In this document: piece after piece, positions 36,911 through 49,720 of the stretch
How positions within the stretch are numbered: the stretch's first letter is position 1
Layout of the letters: each line of letters begins with the position of its first letter
NCBI RefSeq assembly: GCF_004010195.1
Contig: NC_057719.1
Location: 9,158,037-9,222,036 of the forward strand
Length of the DNA stretch: 64,000 bases
Source: Chiloscyllium plagiosum
Lineage: Eukaryota
Direction: 5' to 3'
Notes under the pieces: generated by a model
Database searches by the model: none
Told to the model about the DNA's origin: nothing
Seen by the model: only the letters and a program-made list of their open reading frames with translations
Made by a program: the position numbers and the translations under genes

Positions 36911-37422
36911 TAGAGTTAATTCGTGGTGGGGTGCAAGAGGCAGTCCTGAGGCCACAACCGTCGGGTCTTTCAAGCTTCTGCGAGATTCACATTTCCTCTC
37001 AGAAACTTGAATGGCCTTCTAAATGTCAGGAAGGAAACCAGTTGTCTCCGAGTGACAGCCTAAGCTGTGGGCAGGACGGCGAGAGAAAATATCAAATAGG
37101 AAGGAGTGCTTTGAATCTTGCTCACGAACACAAGTGCAACTTTTGACCATTGCCCGCACTGAGAGCTCAGGGGGCATGAGGCTGTGCCAAGGGCAAGCAG
37201 TTCGCCAGGAGCATATTCCAAAATAAGCAGGCATCCCATTGCCTCTTCGATGGCATGGCATTACTTTCCATCAAAGCAAACAGACTGGGCATCAATTATT
37301 GAAAGCTAAACACCATGTGCTGCACTGTCAGACTGTGAGCAGCTGCCTGATGAATGTACCTGAATCACTGATACACAGTCCCCACCAGACGTGTTTGAGC
37401 TTGAGTCAATCACCCGCACTAG

Positions 37423-37732
37423 GTTAGATTCCTTACAGTGTGGAAACAGGCCCTTCGGCCCAGTAAGTCCACACTGATCCTCTGAAGAGTAACCCACCTA
37501 GACCCATTTCCCTCTGACTAATGCACCTAACACTATGGGCAATTTAGCATGGCCAATACACCTCACCTGCACATCTTTAGATTGTGGGAGGAAACCGGAG
37601 CACCCGGAGGAAAACCATGCAGACAAAGGGAGAATGTGCAAGCTCCATGCAGACAGTCGCCCGAGGCTAGAATCGAACCTGAGACCCTGGTGCTGTGAGG
37701 CAGCAGTGCTAACCACTGAGCCACCATGCCAC
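37423..37732 (-). mobile_element. HE1 V-SINE
   Basis: Full-length match. Confidence 0.92.
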
Positions 37733-37851
37733 CAACTGCAGAGTCCCACATTCTCCAACTACAGACATCCGCAGAGCTGGACTGACTGGGGCACCATGAG
37801 TCTAGACCCATGGAGAAATACCAGGGGACGTGAGGAAGTGCTTGGTTAAAG

Positions 37852-38100
37852 AGGTATTGGTTGCTCAGTGATTAGCACTGCTGCCTCACAGCGCTAGGGA
37901 TCCATGTTCAATTCCAGCCTCGGGTGACTGTCTGTGTGGAGTTTGCACACTCTATGTGGGATTCCTCCAGTGCTGGTTGGGTGGATTGGCCACAGGAAAT
38001 GCAGGGTTCTAGGGCTAATGTGGGTCTGGGTGGGATGCTCTTCAGAGGGTCGGTGTGGATTCGATGGGCCAAATGGACTGCTTCCACACTGTAGGGATTC
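37852..38100 (+). mobile_element. HE1-related SINE
   Basis: Head and tail present, with an internal deletion. Confidence 0.8.
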
Positions 38101-38729
38101 AATGATGAACGAAAAACTAGGTAGGTTTTAACATGCATCTAGTAGTAGGAAGGAGCGTTAAAGAGGTGAGGTGTGCTGGGCAGGAAATTCCAGAGGTTAG
38201 TGGCCTCAGTAACTCACGGTACAACTGTTGTTGTGAAGTTGAAAGCAAATGGTGGATGTGCAAAGAACATTAATGGATGTATCTCAGCGTGCTGGATGGG
38301 AAGAGTGTGAGGTCATGTGACAATTTCAATAGAAAGCTGAAGAGATTTAACAACATAATCAGACTGGGAGTCAACGTGGGCTGGTGAAAACGTGAGTACT
38401 GGGTCAACAGTTTGTGCTGTGAGTTAGGGTCTGAGCACTTTACACAAGGGAAAATCCACAGAAAGTAGACACAACTAATCGAGCTTCATGCGTTCAATGT
38501 CCATCAACAAGATGCACTGCAATGACTCACCTTTGACAGCACCTCCTTTCAGAGAGGGAAAAACCAGTAAGTCTTGATAATTAACATACTGGTTGTACTG
38601 GAGCTCCATGCTGATGTGTAAAAGATGGGTCAGGCTAGTATGCATCATTCACAAGTCTTACTGGTGTTTCCTTTGCACTCAGGCTCCTTTGACAACACCT
38701 TCCAAAGCTCCATCCTTTACCAGTGAGAA

Positions 38730-39298
38730 AATAGAACATAGAACAGAACAGCACAGGAAGGGGCCCTCCAGCCCACAATGTTGTGCCGAACATGACACGA
38801 AATGAAAATAACTCCTTCTGCCTGCCCTTGGTCCACATCGTTCCACTCCTTGCATATTCATGTGCTTATCTAAAAGTCTGTCATATCTGCATCCACCACC
38901 ACCCCTAGCAGCACATTCCAGACTCCTACCACTCTCTGGGTAAAAACGTGCCCCTCACCTCTCCTTTGAACTTGCCCCTTCTCACCCCAAATGCATGCCC
39001 CCAACATTTCAACTCTGGGAAAAGATTCTGACTGTCAACCCTGTCCATGCATCTGATAATGCTAGCAAGTTCCCCCTCAGCCTCCGCTGCTCCGGAGAAA
39101 GCAACTCGAGTTTTTCTAGCTTCTCTTATACTTCACACTCTCTAATCCAGGCAGCATCCTGGCCAACTCAACTGCAGCGTCTCCGAAGCCTCCATATCCT
39201 TCCTGTAATGTGGCGACCAGAATTGAACGCAATACTCTTAAGTGTGGCTTAACCAAAGTCTTACAAAAGTGCAACATGACATCCTGACTCTTGAACTC
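38730..39298 (-). mobile_element. CR1 3' end
   Basis: EFKSQDVMLHFCKTLVKPHL; (agaac)n-type tail. Confidence 0.85.
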
Positions 39299-39554
39299 CA
39301 GGACAGGGCAGCAGTTATATAGGAACACCACCACTTGCAAACTCCCCAACAAAGTGCACGTACACCACTATATTGTTGTTCCTTCTGTGTCACTGGATCA
39401 AAATCCTGGACCTCTCTCTGCAACATCACGGTGGGTCTACCTGCACCCCAAGGACTGCAGCAGTTCAAGAAGGCAGCTCACAATCACCTACTCAAGGCAA
39501 CTAGGGACGGCCAATAAATGCCAACCCAGCCAGAGTTGCCGACATCCCATGTAT

Positions 39555-39865
39555 CCCGTACTGGAACGAGGGGGAATGGCCTTAAAATAAGGGGGAGCAG
39601 ATTTAGGACTGAGTTGAGGAGGAACCTCTTCAGCCAATGGGTTGTGAATCTGTGGAATTCCCTGCCCAGGGAAGCAGTTGAGGCTACCTCATTGAATGTT
39701 TTTAAGGCAAAGAGAGATGGATTTTTGTACAGTAAAGGAATTAGGGGTCATGGCGAGTGGGCAAGTAAGCGGAGCTGAGTCCATGAAAAGATCTTATTGA
39801 ACGGCGGAGCAGGCTTGAAGGGCCCGACGGCCGATTCCTACTCCTGTTTCTTACGTTCTTATGAA
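39555..39865 (+). mobile_element. CR1 3' end
   Basis: RFRTELRRNLFSQWVVNLWNSLP..VFKAK plus 3'UTR. Confidence 0.88.
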
Positions 39866-40565
39866 TGAATTTAAAAATAAAGCTCTCTTGGAAAGCCTGC
39901 ATTTTCATTTTAAAAAATGTAACTCAGAAAATGTAACTGCTGTTAATTTTGCAAATAATGCCTTTGGAAAGGAGAAGAGTCCATCAGGGACACTGAAGGC
40001 CCATTTTATTCCATGGCAATGATCAGGACATAGCAAATCACTGTGTGTTTGTCTAATTGCAGCTTGCACCCAAACAAGATGTTTTCATCAAAAGCATTAC
40101 ATTCCTTCAGCCTAAACTAATCAATTACTTGATACCTAATTGAAAAACTGCTTCAGCATGTGGATCCGATGTCAGTAAAAACATTATATTGCAGCCAAAT
40201 AAAGAACGCCATTAAGTTATCTCTGCTATTAGTCTCTCATTTGTATTAACTGCCTTCCTCCAATCCTCACCCACCTCTCCCTTCATTCATCATGTTGGAC
40301 CTAATTACCAGTGCCTTGCCTTCCAGCTACTGCAAGTCTGTAACCAAAGCAGTGTACTCAACCATACACTGCGTCAACTGTGGTAGCTCTTACTTTCACT
40401 GACACACAGCACCGTACATGTCTCTGATCGAGTTAAGCCTGCTTCATGTGTCCCATTGAATACAATAGGTGTGCCTTCTCTCGAGTTTGGAAGAATGCGA
40501 GGTGGTCTCGTTAGGAACACTACATTCTTACAGGATGTGAAAGGGTAGGCAATAAGAGGTTATTA

Positions 40566-40699
40566 GGAGAAAGTGAGGACTCCACATGCTGGAGATTAGA
40601 GCCGAACGTGTGGTACTGAAAAAGCACAGCCAGTCAGGCAGCATCCAAGGAGCAGGAGAGTCGACATTTCGGGCAAAAGCCCTTTATCAGGAAAGGGCT
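40566..40699 (-). mobile_element. PLE terminus with 10-bp TSD inside an old CR1
   Basis: gaggttatta at 40556-40565 and 40700-40709; minus strand CTGATaA-A-GGGC-TTTT-GCCC-GAAA-TGTC. Confidence 0.8.
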
Positions 40700-41193
40700 G
40701 AGGTTATTACTCTCAGATGTAGAATCCAGAACGAAGAGGCAAAGTCATAGCATCATAGAGATGTACAGCACAGAAACAGACCCTTCGGTCCAACCCGTCC
40801 ATGCCGACCAGATATCCCAACCCAATCTAGTCCCACCTGCCAACACCCGGCCCATATCCCTCCAAACCCAAAGTCTCAGGATAATGTGGCTGAGATGGCA
40901 GAGCAATTTCTTCCCCCAGATGGCTGTTTAGAACTCTCTACCAGGCTGTTCTTCCAACAAGGTAAGGAAGAGGAATCAGCTCTACTTTTTAAAAAATCCC
41001 CTCTTGTTCAGTCACAACAAATATTTGTTATTTTGTTTTTCAGTTAAAATGAGATAGAACGAAAAAAATCATGCAACTCCATGTTAGACTATATTCTTTT
41101 TTACTTTTTATTTATTAATTTTGCAGGATATGGGCATCCTTGGTTGGCCCTCTCTAATTGCCCTTGAGAAGGTGGTGGTGAGCTGCCTTCTTG

Positions 41194-41823
41194 GAGAGAC
41201 TGAGGACTGCAGATGCTGGAGCTCAGAGTCGATAAAGTGTGGCGCTGGAAAAGCACAGCGGGTCAGTCAGGCAGCATCCGAGGAGCAGGAGAGTCGACAT
41301 TTCAGGCAGAACCCTTCATCAGAAGCGGGGAGGGGGAAGAGAGATAAACAGAGGGTGGGGTGCTAAACAAGGCCACCCGCAAACTGGAGGAAGAACATCA
41401 CAGCTTCTGCCTTGGGAGTCTATAGCCACAAAGCCTCAACATTGAATTCACCAGTTTCCATATCTCCCCTCCTCCCACCCATCCCAGATCCAACCCGGCA
41501 CTGCCCCCTTGACCTGACCTAACTTTCCCACCTATCTGCTCCACCTTCCCACCCGACCTCTCACCATCACCTCTTATGTGCATCCACCTATCACCATCCC
41601 ACCCACCTTCCCCACCGACCTATCACCATCACCTCCGACCTGCATCCACCTATCACCATCCCACCCACCTTTCCCCCAGCCACACAGCTCCCCCCACCAT
41701 TTATTTCTCAGCCTCCTTCCCCCTCCCCATTTATGACGAAGGCATTATGCCTCAAACATTGACTCTCCTGCTCCTCGGATGCTGCCTGATATGCTGTGCT
41801 TTTTCCAGCGCCACACTTTATCA
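41194..41823 (+). mobile_element. 5'-truncated Penelope-like element: inverted terminal repeat, ORF end, 3' UTR and terminal repeat
   Basis: About 41366-41460 reads KATRKLEEEHHSFCLGSL*PQSLNIEFTSF (PLE ORF C-terminus); 13-bp TSD agctgccttcttg at 41181-41193 and 41824-41836. Confidence 0.85.
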
Positions 41824-42274
41824 AGCTGCCTTCTTGAACTGCTGCAGTCCACCTGCTGAGGGTTGACCCTCAGTGCCATTAGGGAGGGAATTCCAGGATT
41901 CTGACTCAGCCACAGTGAAGGAACGGGTCAGGATGCTGAGTGAATTGGAAGGGAACTTAACAGTGGTGGGGTTCCCTCGTATCCACTGCCGTTGTCCTTC
42001 GAGATGGAGGTGGTCATGGGTTTGGAAGGTGCTGTCTGAGGATCTCTGGTGAATGTGTTACTGCACAAGTCGGATCCCAGTCTGACATAATAGACTATAT
42101 TTGGTTCCTTTTGGTTTCAATGAGCTGCTCTTTCACAGAAACTTAAGCACGCAATGCTGTAAATTTGTTTCTAACAATAAAACAGAAATTTACAAAGCAA
42201 AAGGAATGAAGAAAAAATCAATTTAAACCCAAATTATTTACATATAACACAATTTTAAAGATTTTGAAACATGT

Positions 42275-42560
42275 AAATAAACAAGGTCCTTTTCCCAGGG
42301 TATGGGAGTTCAAGGTGAGAAGGGAAGATTTAACAGGGGGAACCTTTTCATGCAGAGGGTGGTCTGTGTATGGAATGAGCTGCCAAAAAAAGAGGTGGAG
42401 GCTGGTATAATTACAATATTTAAAAGGCATATGTGAATAGGAAGGGTTTAGAGGGATATGGGCTAAATGCTGGCAAATGGGACTAGATTAATTTAGGATA
42501 TTTGGTCGGCATAGACGTGTTGCACCAAAGGGTCTGTTTCTGTGCTGTATCTCTCTATGA
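42275..42560 (+). mobile_element. CR1 3' end
   Basis: cagagggtggt.tgtgtatggaatgagctgcca..gggtctgtttctgtgctgtat. Confidence 0.85.
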
Positions 42561-42597
42561 CAAGAAAATACCAAACCATTAATCCTTTTAAAGTAAA

Positions 42598-42745
42598 AAG
42601 CGAAAGGACTGAGGATGCTGTAAATCAGAAACAAAACTAGATGTTGCTGGAAAAGCTCAACAGGTCTGGCAGCATCTGTGCAGAGAAATTAAAGTTAACG
42701 TTTCAGGTCCAGTACCTAAGCTTTTCCAGCAACTTCTGTTTTGGA
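42598..42745. mobile_element. Family B palindromic PLE derivative
   Basis: gttgctggaaaagct..gttaacgtttcaggtccagt..agcttttccagcaac. Confidence 0.7.
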
Positions 42746-42790
42746 ATTCCTTTACAATACTAACATCAACAATCATTCCCACCACCATCA

Positions 42791-43028
42791 TACTTCACAC
42801 AGAGGGTGGTGGGCGTTTGGAACGCGTTGCCAGCAGAGGTCGTAGAGGCAGGCACGGTAGATTCATTTAAGATGCGTTTGGACAGATGCATGCGTGGGTG
42901 GGGAGCAGAGGGATACAGATGCTTAGGAAGTGACCGACAGGTTTAGACAGTACATGTGGATCTGCTCAGGCTTGGAGGGCCGAAGGGCCTGTTCCTGGGC
43001 TGCAAATTCTCTTTGTTTCTTTGTTCTT
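42791..43028 (+). mobile_element. Young CR1 3' end
   Basis: Close match to 1804-2040. Confidence 0.9.
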
Positions 43029-44454
43029 TATATGCATGAGTCTTAACTTAACTGCAGGTTCAATTCTCAGTCTTGGGAATGTGCCACTGTCTGACTGGAA
43101 ATTTCAAATTAGTTCCTCACACTGAGGTAGCCAATTTTTTTTTTAGCAGATCTGACCTAACACCTTTCGACAGGAGCAAGTGTCTTACAAAGCAAAGACT
43201 TCTGCAAAACTGAGCTGAAAGCAAAACTTAAGTCAGGGGATCTTCTCCCTCAGCCAAAGGACAAGTTCAAGCTTCTTTGACCTGAGACTTAATGTACAAC
43301 TGTTGTCCCCTTATAGGCATAAAACTCGACCAACGAAAGCACTTTGCTCTCCAGGAAACCTCTCTGCCTTCCTGTGTTTTTTTAAAATCCCATGGCAACA
43401 GAAGAGCTTGCAAGTTTTAATTATCAAACATCTTTCTTGACACAGACCAAAGCCACCATGTCACTAGCTGAAAATCACTCTAAAATGAACAACATTATAA
43501 ATGAAATAAATTGCACAGCTTTAATCACAAATCCAAGTTTACAAATTTGGAAATAGCATGTCATAAACCTTCGTTGCACAGGTACGCACACAAATACACA
43601 CACACAAAGTCTGACAGCATCTTTAAAATCAGGCAAATTATTTTGGAAATCAATCTTTCATCATTGACACTAATCTTAGTGTTCCTCTTTACAGGTGTTG
43701 ATTAAACTTGCTTGCGTACCCAGAATTTTCTACTTTTCATCTGATGCCTTTCTCTGTCACACATACTTCTCCTTCATTGAAAAAGTACAGGTTGTTTTCC
43801 TTTACACACATTTCATTAATGAGAATTAGCCAAAACAAGATTGGCAACCTGGGGACACTGCCTCTATAGCACAAAGTTTTAAAGTGCAAATCCTGCCCCA
43901 TTAGTTTAAATGGTGCTGCTATTGCATGATTTTCTTGTTACACAGGTTTGCTTGAGAACGGACCTACCGCGTTATCGCAGAACTGATGGTACAGCATTAC
44001 TAAGGCTACAAGTGAATTGAACCCAGGCACTACACAGGCGACTAACATATTATTGGCAGTTTTGAAGCTGCGACTGAGTATTTGACACAATCTTAACCTG
44101 AATGAAGCAGAGTGGCTCAATAGGCTTCTAGTTTCTATATACAGAGATTACCAATTGGGGAAATTCATCAAGCAAACCAGACGTGCTTTGCAATTTCAGA
44201 CTCCTCTCAGAGAGGTCTGGCTGTGTATTAGTTTGATTTTAGTGCTGAAATTGCCTCTTTTTTAACAGTGCAATTGAAGTGTATGAATTTACAGTTTAAA
44301 TTTACTCATATCCCCCATTAAAATATTAAGCCAAACAGGAGCTATGTTCCAACAACATTAAAATACATATAAATCACACACATCTTAAATCACAAATACA
44401 AGCTTCCAAATTATAGATATAATATATCATAAATCTTCATCACACAAAGTTGAG

Positions 44455-44822
44455 CGGTGACCTTACAGAGACCTAATGAGGGGTCTAGATAAAGTCAATG
44501 ACTGGTGTCTTTTCTCCAGGGTGGGGGATTTCAAGACTAGGGGGTTTATTTTTAAGGCAATAGAAGAAAATTTAAAAAAAAACATGGGGCCATTTTTGTT
44601 CACAAAGAGAGTGATTCGCATGTGGAATGAACTTCTTGAGGAAGTGGTGGATGTGGGTAAAATTACAAAGTTTAAAAGGCATTTGGATAAGTCCATGAAT
44701 AGGAAAGGCTTGGAGGAATATGGGCCAAGCGCAGGCAGGTGGGACTAGGTGAGTTTGGGATTATGGTCAGCATGGACTGGTTGGACCGAAGGGTATGTTT
44801 CCATGCTGTGTGACTCTATGAC
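44455..44822 (+). mobile_element. CR1 3' end
   Basis: MRGLDKV..FTKRVIRMWNELLEEVV..FKRHLD plus 3'UTR. Confidence 0.9.
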
Positions 44823-45224
44823 ATGATTTTCTTCACACTATTCAATTCACAATGTTGTGTCCTTTGATTTGACAGCGATGTTATATTTCAGTGTCCACAC
44901 CCTCCGACCATCATGATCTCATTTCTCCCTCCAGCCTTCAAGCATTTTATTGACATTTAAGAGATTTGGACAACCCAAATGAAGTGTAAGATCTAAGAGC
45001 AGGACTTGGCCATACAGCCCCTTGTGCTTGCTCCACCTTTCATTACAATCATGGCTGATCGCATCTCATCCCCAACTCTACTTTCCTGCCTACTTTCCAT
45101 AACACTTCAACCCACCCTGTCCCCCCAGAAACTATGAGTCCATGCTGAGGCATTTTACAATCCCTCGCCCTGTGGCACACCTGGCCACTCTTAGTATGAG
45201 GGTCAAAAGGCTTTCTTAATGCAC

Positions 45225-45740
45225 TCACTGGGTGTGGGCATCATTGGTTGGGCCAGCACTCATTACACATTTCGAGTTGCTCTTGAGAAGATGGTGGTGA
45301 GCTACCTTCTTAAACAGCTGCAGTCCTTGTGCTATAGGTAGACCCACGATGCATGAGGGAGCGAATCCAGGACTTTGACCCTGTGACAGTGAGGGAATGG
45401 TGATACATTTCCAAGCCAGCGTGGTGAGTGGCTCAGAGGGGAACTTGCAGGTAGTGATGTTCCCACGTATCTGCTATCCTTGTCCTTCAGGATTGACAGT
45501 GTCATGAGTTTGGAGAGTGCTGTCTGAGGATCTTTGATGAATTTCTACAGTGCATCTTGTAGATAGTATACACTGCTGCTATTGGAGCACAAGTCTTCAG
45601 TACTATTGCCGGAATGTTGTCAGGGCCCATAGCCTTTGCAGTATCCAAAGTTTCCAACTATTTCTTGATATCACACAGTGTGAATCAAACTGGCTGAAGA
45701 CTGCTATCAGTGGTGCTGGGGACCAGTGGAGGAGGCTTGT
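45225..45740 (-). mobile_element. Second CR1-group LINE, 3' fragment
   Basis: Reverse complement of the 18390 / 51450 family. Confidence 0.7.
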
Positions 45741-45949
45741 GGGAGGAGACTGTAGTAATATGAAGATATGAACTAGGAGCAGGAGTTGGTCAATCAGCTC
45801 CCCAACCCGACAGGGTCATGACTGATCTGGTTGCATTCTGACTTCTGCACAAAAACAGAAAATGGGAGTAGACCATTCAGCCCTTTGAGCCTATTCCACC
45901 ACTGAATAAGATCATGGCTGATTCAACTCAGTACATCCAATTTGCAGTG

Positions 45950-46250
45950 AACCTGCCTCACAGCACCCTGGACCCAGGTTCGATTCCACCCTCAGACAAC
46001 TGTCTGCGTGGAGTTTGCACATTCTCCCCGTGTCTGCATGGATTCCCTCCCACAGTCCAAAGATATGCAGGTTAGGGTGGATTGGCCATGCTAAATTGCC
46101 TATGGTGCCCAGGCATGTGCAGGCTAGGTGGGTTAGATATGGGAATTGTATGGTTACAGGTTATATGGTAGGAGGTGGATCTGGGTGGGGTGCTGTTCAG
46201 AGTGGTCTCCATAGTCCAATGGCCTGCTTCTATACTGACAGGATCCTATG
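45950..46250 (+). mobile_element. HE1-related SINE
   Basis: B box, V-domain and long-form tail. Confidence 0.82.
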
Positions 46251-46343
46251 ATTCAATGAGAGAAGATTGCCCAGTCAGCTCCTCACCACTGGTTAGGCCC
46301 CTCCCCCTTCCCAAACCCTTTCAGCAATTGTAACTGTGGTGAT

Positions 46344-46536
46344 TGTAACGAGGTCAGCAAGGGTTCCTCGCAGAATGTGCATTCACTGATTGAGACTGTT
46401 AATGTCATCCAATCAGGGAACTCATTGGGCTTTCAGATATCCTGTTCACTCAGAGTTGGATCAGTGTCAAGGACTCTCCACATGTAAATAAAGGGGTACG
46501 TGGTGATGGGATATCGGCCTCTGTGAAGTTATTTCA
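46344..46536 (+). mobile_element. Possible short solo LTR
   Basis: TGTAAC...TTTCA termini with an internal aataaa near 46487; flanks tgat/atat are not a clean TSD. Confidence 0.5.
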
Positions 46537-46576
46537 ATATACATGCAAGGTATTTCAACCATGGTCTTATTTAGCA

Positions 46577-46903
46577 GGGAGGCACGGTGGCTCAGTGGTT
46601 AGCACTGCTGCCTCACAGCGCCAGGGACCCGGGTTCGATTCCAGCTTTGGGGCAACTATCTATGTGGAGTTTGCATGTTCTCCCCGTGTCTGTGTGGGTT
46701 CCTATTCCACAATCCAAAGATGTGTAGTATAGGTGAATTGGCTGTGCTAAATTGACCATAGTGTTCAGGGACGTGTAGGTTAGGTCAGTTAGTCAGGAGT
46801 AAAGTATAGGGTAGGGGAATGGGTCTGGTTGGGTTACTCTTCGGAGGGTCAGTGTGGCCTTGTTGGGCTGAAGGGCCTGTTTCCACACTGTAGGTAATCT
46901 AAT
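46577..46903 (+). mobile_element. HE1 V-SINE
   Basis: Full-length match. Confidence 0.9.
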
Positions 46904-47029
46904 TTAAATATATGAATAGGTATTAACCCTTTCCCTTTTGGAAAGCACTGTACATGTAGTAGGATACCCACACATTAATTCTTGCTTAGTAAGAGAATGA
47001 TAGCTGGGACTGTCTGGGGCACAGTGCAA

Positions 47030-47290
47030 GGATAATGGGTGGGCCATTTAGGACTGAGATGCGGAGAAATTTCTTCATGCAGAGACTGGTGAACCGTGGA
47101 ATTCTCTGCCACAGAAAGCAGTTGAGGCCAACATATTAAATGCTTTCACGAAGGAGTTAGATATAGTTCTGAGGGCTAAAGGCATCAAAGGCTATGGAGA
47201 ACAAGCTACAGAGTTAGATGATCAACGACCATCTTATTAAATGGCAGAGCAAGGTCAACAAACCAAATGGCCTCCTCCTATTTTCTATGC
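47030..47290 (+). mobile_element. CR1 3' end
   Basis: tttaggactgagatgcggagaaatttcttc..tggaattctctgccacag. Confidence 0.8.
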
Positions 47291-47957
47291 AGAAATCGGA
47301 ACATAGCCAGATCAGTCATTACCTTAGTAAATGGCAGAGCAGGCTTGAGGCTTGATGATGTGCAGACCTCTTAAACATCAATAAAATGCTCTGCAAGAGT
47401 TGAACAATAAACATCAAGTGGGATTCCCAATGGATTCCATCTCCTCCTTTTAACATTCTCCCCTCATCCCTTGGCTCATTGTTTGCATTTCCACTGGTGA
47501 CATGTAGAGACTCAGCCTTTTCTATCTCATTCAGTTTTCCTCACTGTCCTGCTGAATAACTGGAATGAGCACAGCGTGTGTCGCACACCTTATCAGCTTA
47601 TCAACCTCTTTCCTCACAAGACCGTCCCCACACAATACAGGCAAAATTGCTTTTCCTTCCGTTCGTCACAGGAGTTGTGAGATCGTGGTTATGATATTTG
47701 CACATACGGAGGATTAGTTTATTTTCCTCCAATGCTATTCTTCCTCCTGTATCTCTAAGCCTCACCAGCCACACAACAAAAACAGCTTGTGTTTAAACAG
47801 AGATTCCAGAGATGAAAGCTTGTCTATGAGCAGAGATTGAGCAGTTTAGGCCAATAATCACTAGAAGATTGAGAGGAGATCTAATTGTGGGACATAAGAT
47901 GCTAAAGGGGATTGACAAAATATACAGAGTGGATCTTTTCTCATGTGAGACAATCAA

Positions 47958-48275
47958 GGGTGGCACGGTGGCACAGTGGTTAGCACTGCTGCCTCACAGC
48001 GCCAGTGACCCGGGTTCAATTCCCGCCTCAGGCGACTGACTGTGTGGAGTTTGCACGTTCTCCTCGTGTCTGTGTGGGTTTCCTCTGGGTGCTCCAGTTT
48101 CCTCCCACAGTCCAAAGATGTGCAGATTAGGTGAATTGGCTGTGCTAAATTGCCCTTAGTGTAAGGTGAAGGGGTAAATGTACGGGAATGGGTTTGGGTG
48201 GGTTGCTCTTCGGAGGGTCGGTGTGGACTTGCTTGGCCGAAGGGCCTGTTTCCACACTGTAGGTAATCTAATCTA
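47958..48275 (+). mobile_element. Young full-length HE1 V-SINE inside an old CR1
   Basis: gggtggcacggtggcacagtggttagc..cccgggttcaattcccgcc..taatctaatcta. Confidence 0.93.
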
Positions 48276-48410
48276 AAAAGAACACAAGGTCATAGATTTA
48301 AGGTAAGGGCTAGCAGAGATGAGGAGGAATGACCTCTCAATGGGTCATGAATCTGTGCAATTCACTGTCCCAGAGTGTGGTAGATGATGGGACACTGAGT
48401 AGATTTAAGA

Positions 48411-48716
48411 TTATCTACAGTGTGGGAACAGGCCATTCGGCCCAAGAAGTCCACACCGACCCTCGGAAGAGTAACCCACCCACACCCATTTCCCTCTGAA
48501 TGACACACGTAACACTATGGACAATTTAGCATGGCCAATGCACCTAACCTGCACATCTTTAGGTTGTGGGAGGAAACCGGAGCACCCAAAGGAAACCCAC
48601 GCAGACACGGGACGAATGTGCAAACTCCACACAGACAGTCACCTGAGGTGGGATTCAAACCTGGGTCCCTGGCGCTGTGAGGCAGCCGTGCTAACCACTG
48701 AGCCACCGTGCTGCCC
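48411..48716 (-). mobile_element. HE1 V-SINE
   Basis: Full-length match. Confidence 0.92.
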
Positions 48717-49095
48717 ATTTGATTGGATTTATTATTGTCACATGTATCCAGTGTAATGTTTTGCTTTGCGAGTAGAACAGGCAGACAATACCATAGAAAG
48801 TGAATCAGGGTAACAGAACAGAGTGAGGAATACAATGTTATGGCTGCAGAAAATGCACCCAAAGAGGGAGATCAACACTGAATTTAAAATTTGAGAGGTC
48901 CATGTAGAAGTCTGTTAACAAAGGAGAGGAAGCTGTTCTTGAATCTATTGGTATGTGTGTTCTAGCTTTTGGCACCTTCTGTCTGACGGAAGAGTTTGGA
49001 GGAGATTATAACTGGGGTGGGAGGGGTCTTTGATGATGTTGGCTGCTTTCCTGAGGTAGTGGGAAGTGTAGGTGGAGTCAATGGATGGAGGTGGA
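48717..49095 (-). mobile_element. Rex1/Babar LINE 3' end
   Basis: PSIDSTYTSHYLRKAANIIKDPSHPSYNLLQTLPSDRR is a Rex-type ORF C-terminus; tail tgtgacaataataaatc. Confidence 0.8.
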
Positions 49096-49254
49096 ATTAG
49101 ACAGATTTTAATGGTGGAGAGAGTACGAAGGGTAAGTGGAGTTGAGATCACGCCATCATCGTACTAAATGGAGGAGCAGGCTCGAGGGGCTGAATGGCCT
49201 ACTCCTGCTGCTGGTTCTTACGTTCAGTGCTCTCCATGTAGTTAAAAGGCCCCA

Positions 49255-49687
49255 GTGCAAATATCAGGAAACATCTGTCTACGCAATGATATGAGACCAG
49301 GTGACCAAAGCTTTGGAGTAAGAGGTGGGTTTTATGAAGTGTCTGAAAGCGCAACAGTAAGGCAGGGAGGTTCAGGGACAGCATTCCGGAACTGGAGGCC
49401 CAGGCTGGACAACCAATATTGGAGCGATTAGAATCAGGCAAAGGTGCAGAAATGAAGTAAGGCTGAGACCTCATGGTGTCGGGCTGAAGGAGCTTAATAA
49501 TGAGGTTGTAGAGGCGAGACAAGGTTTGAGTTAGGAAGCATAACATGGGCTGCAAGAGGTCGCAGAGGTAGGAAGAGTTATAGGGCTGAAGGGGTTCATG
49601 AAGAGAGGGAGGGTAGTACCACTGGAGAAGGTTAAAGAGATAATGAAGGTAATAGGGGCCAGGGGAGGTTGTGGGGATAGGGAGAGT
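49255..49687 (-). mobile_element. L2-type LINE 3' end relic
   Basis: SSYLCDLLQP..; cctccagttccggaatgctgtccctgaacctcc..taaaacccacctctt..aaagctttggtcacc (minus strand). Confidence 0.6.
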
Positions 49688-49720
49688 NNNNNNNNNNNNN
49701 NNNNNNNNNNNNNNNNNNNN
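49688..49720. other. Assembly gap (33 N)
   Basis: Run of n. Confidence 1.

Noticed and set aside
47958..48030. tRNA gene (A and B boxes)
   Set aside because: It is the head of an HE1 SINE and runs straight into the V-domain; the same applies to the other HE1 heads.
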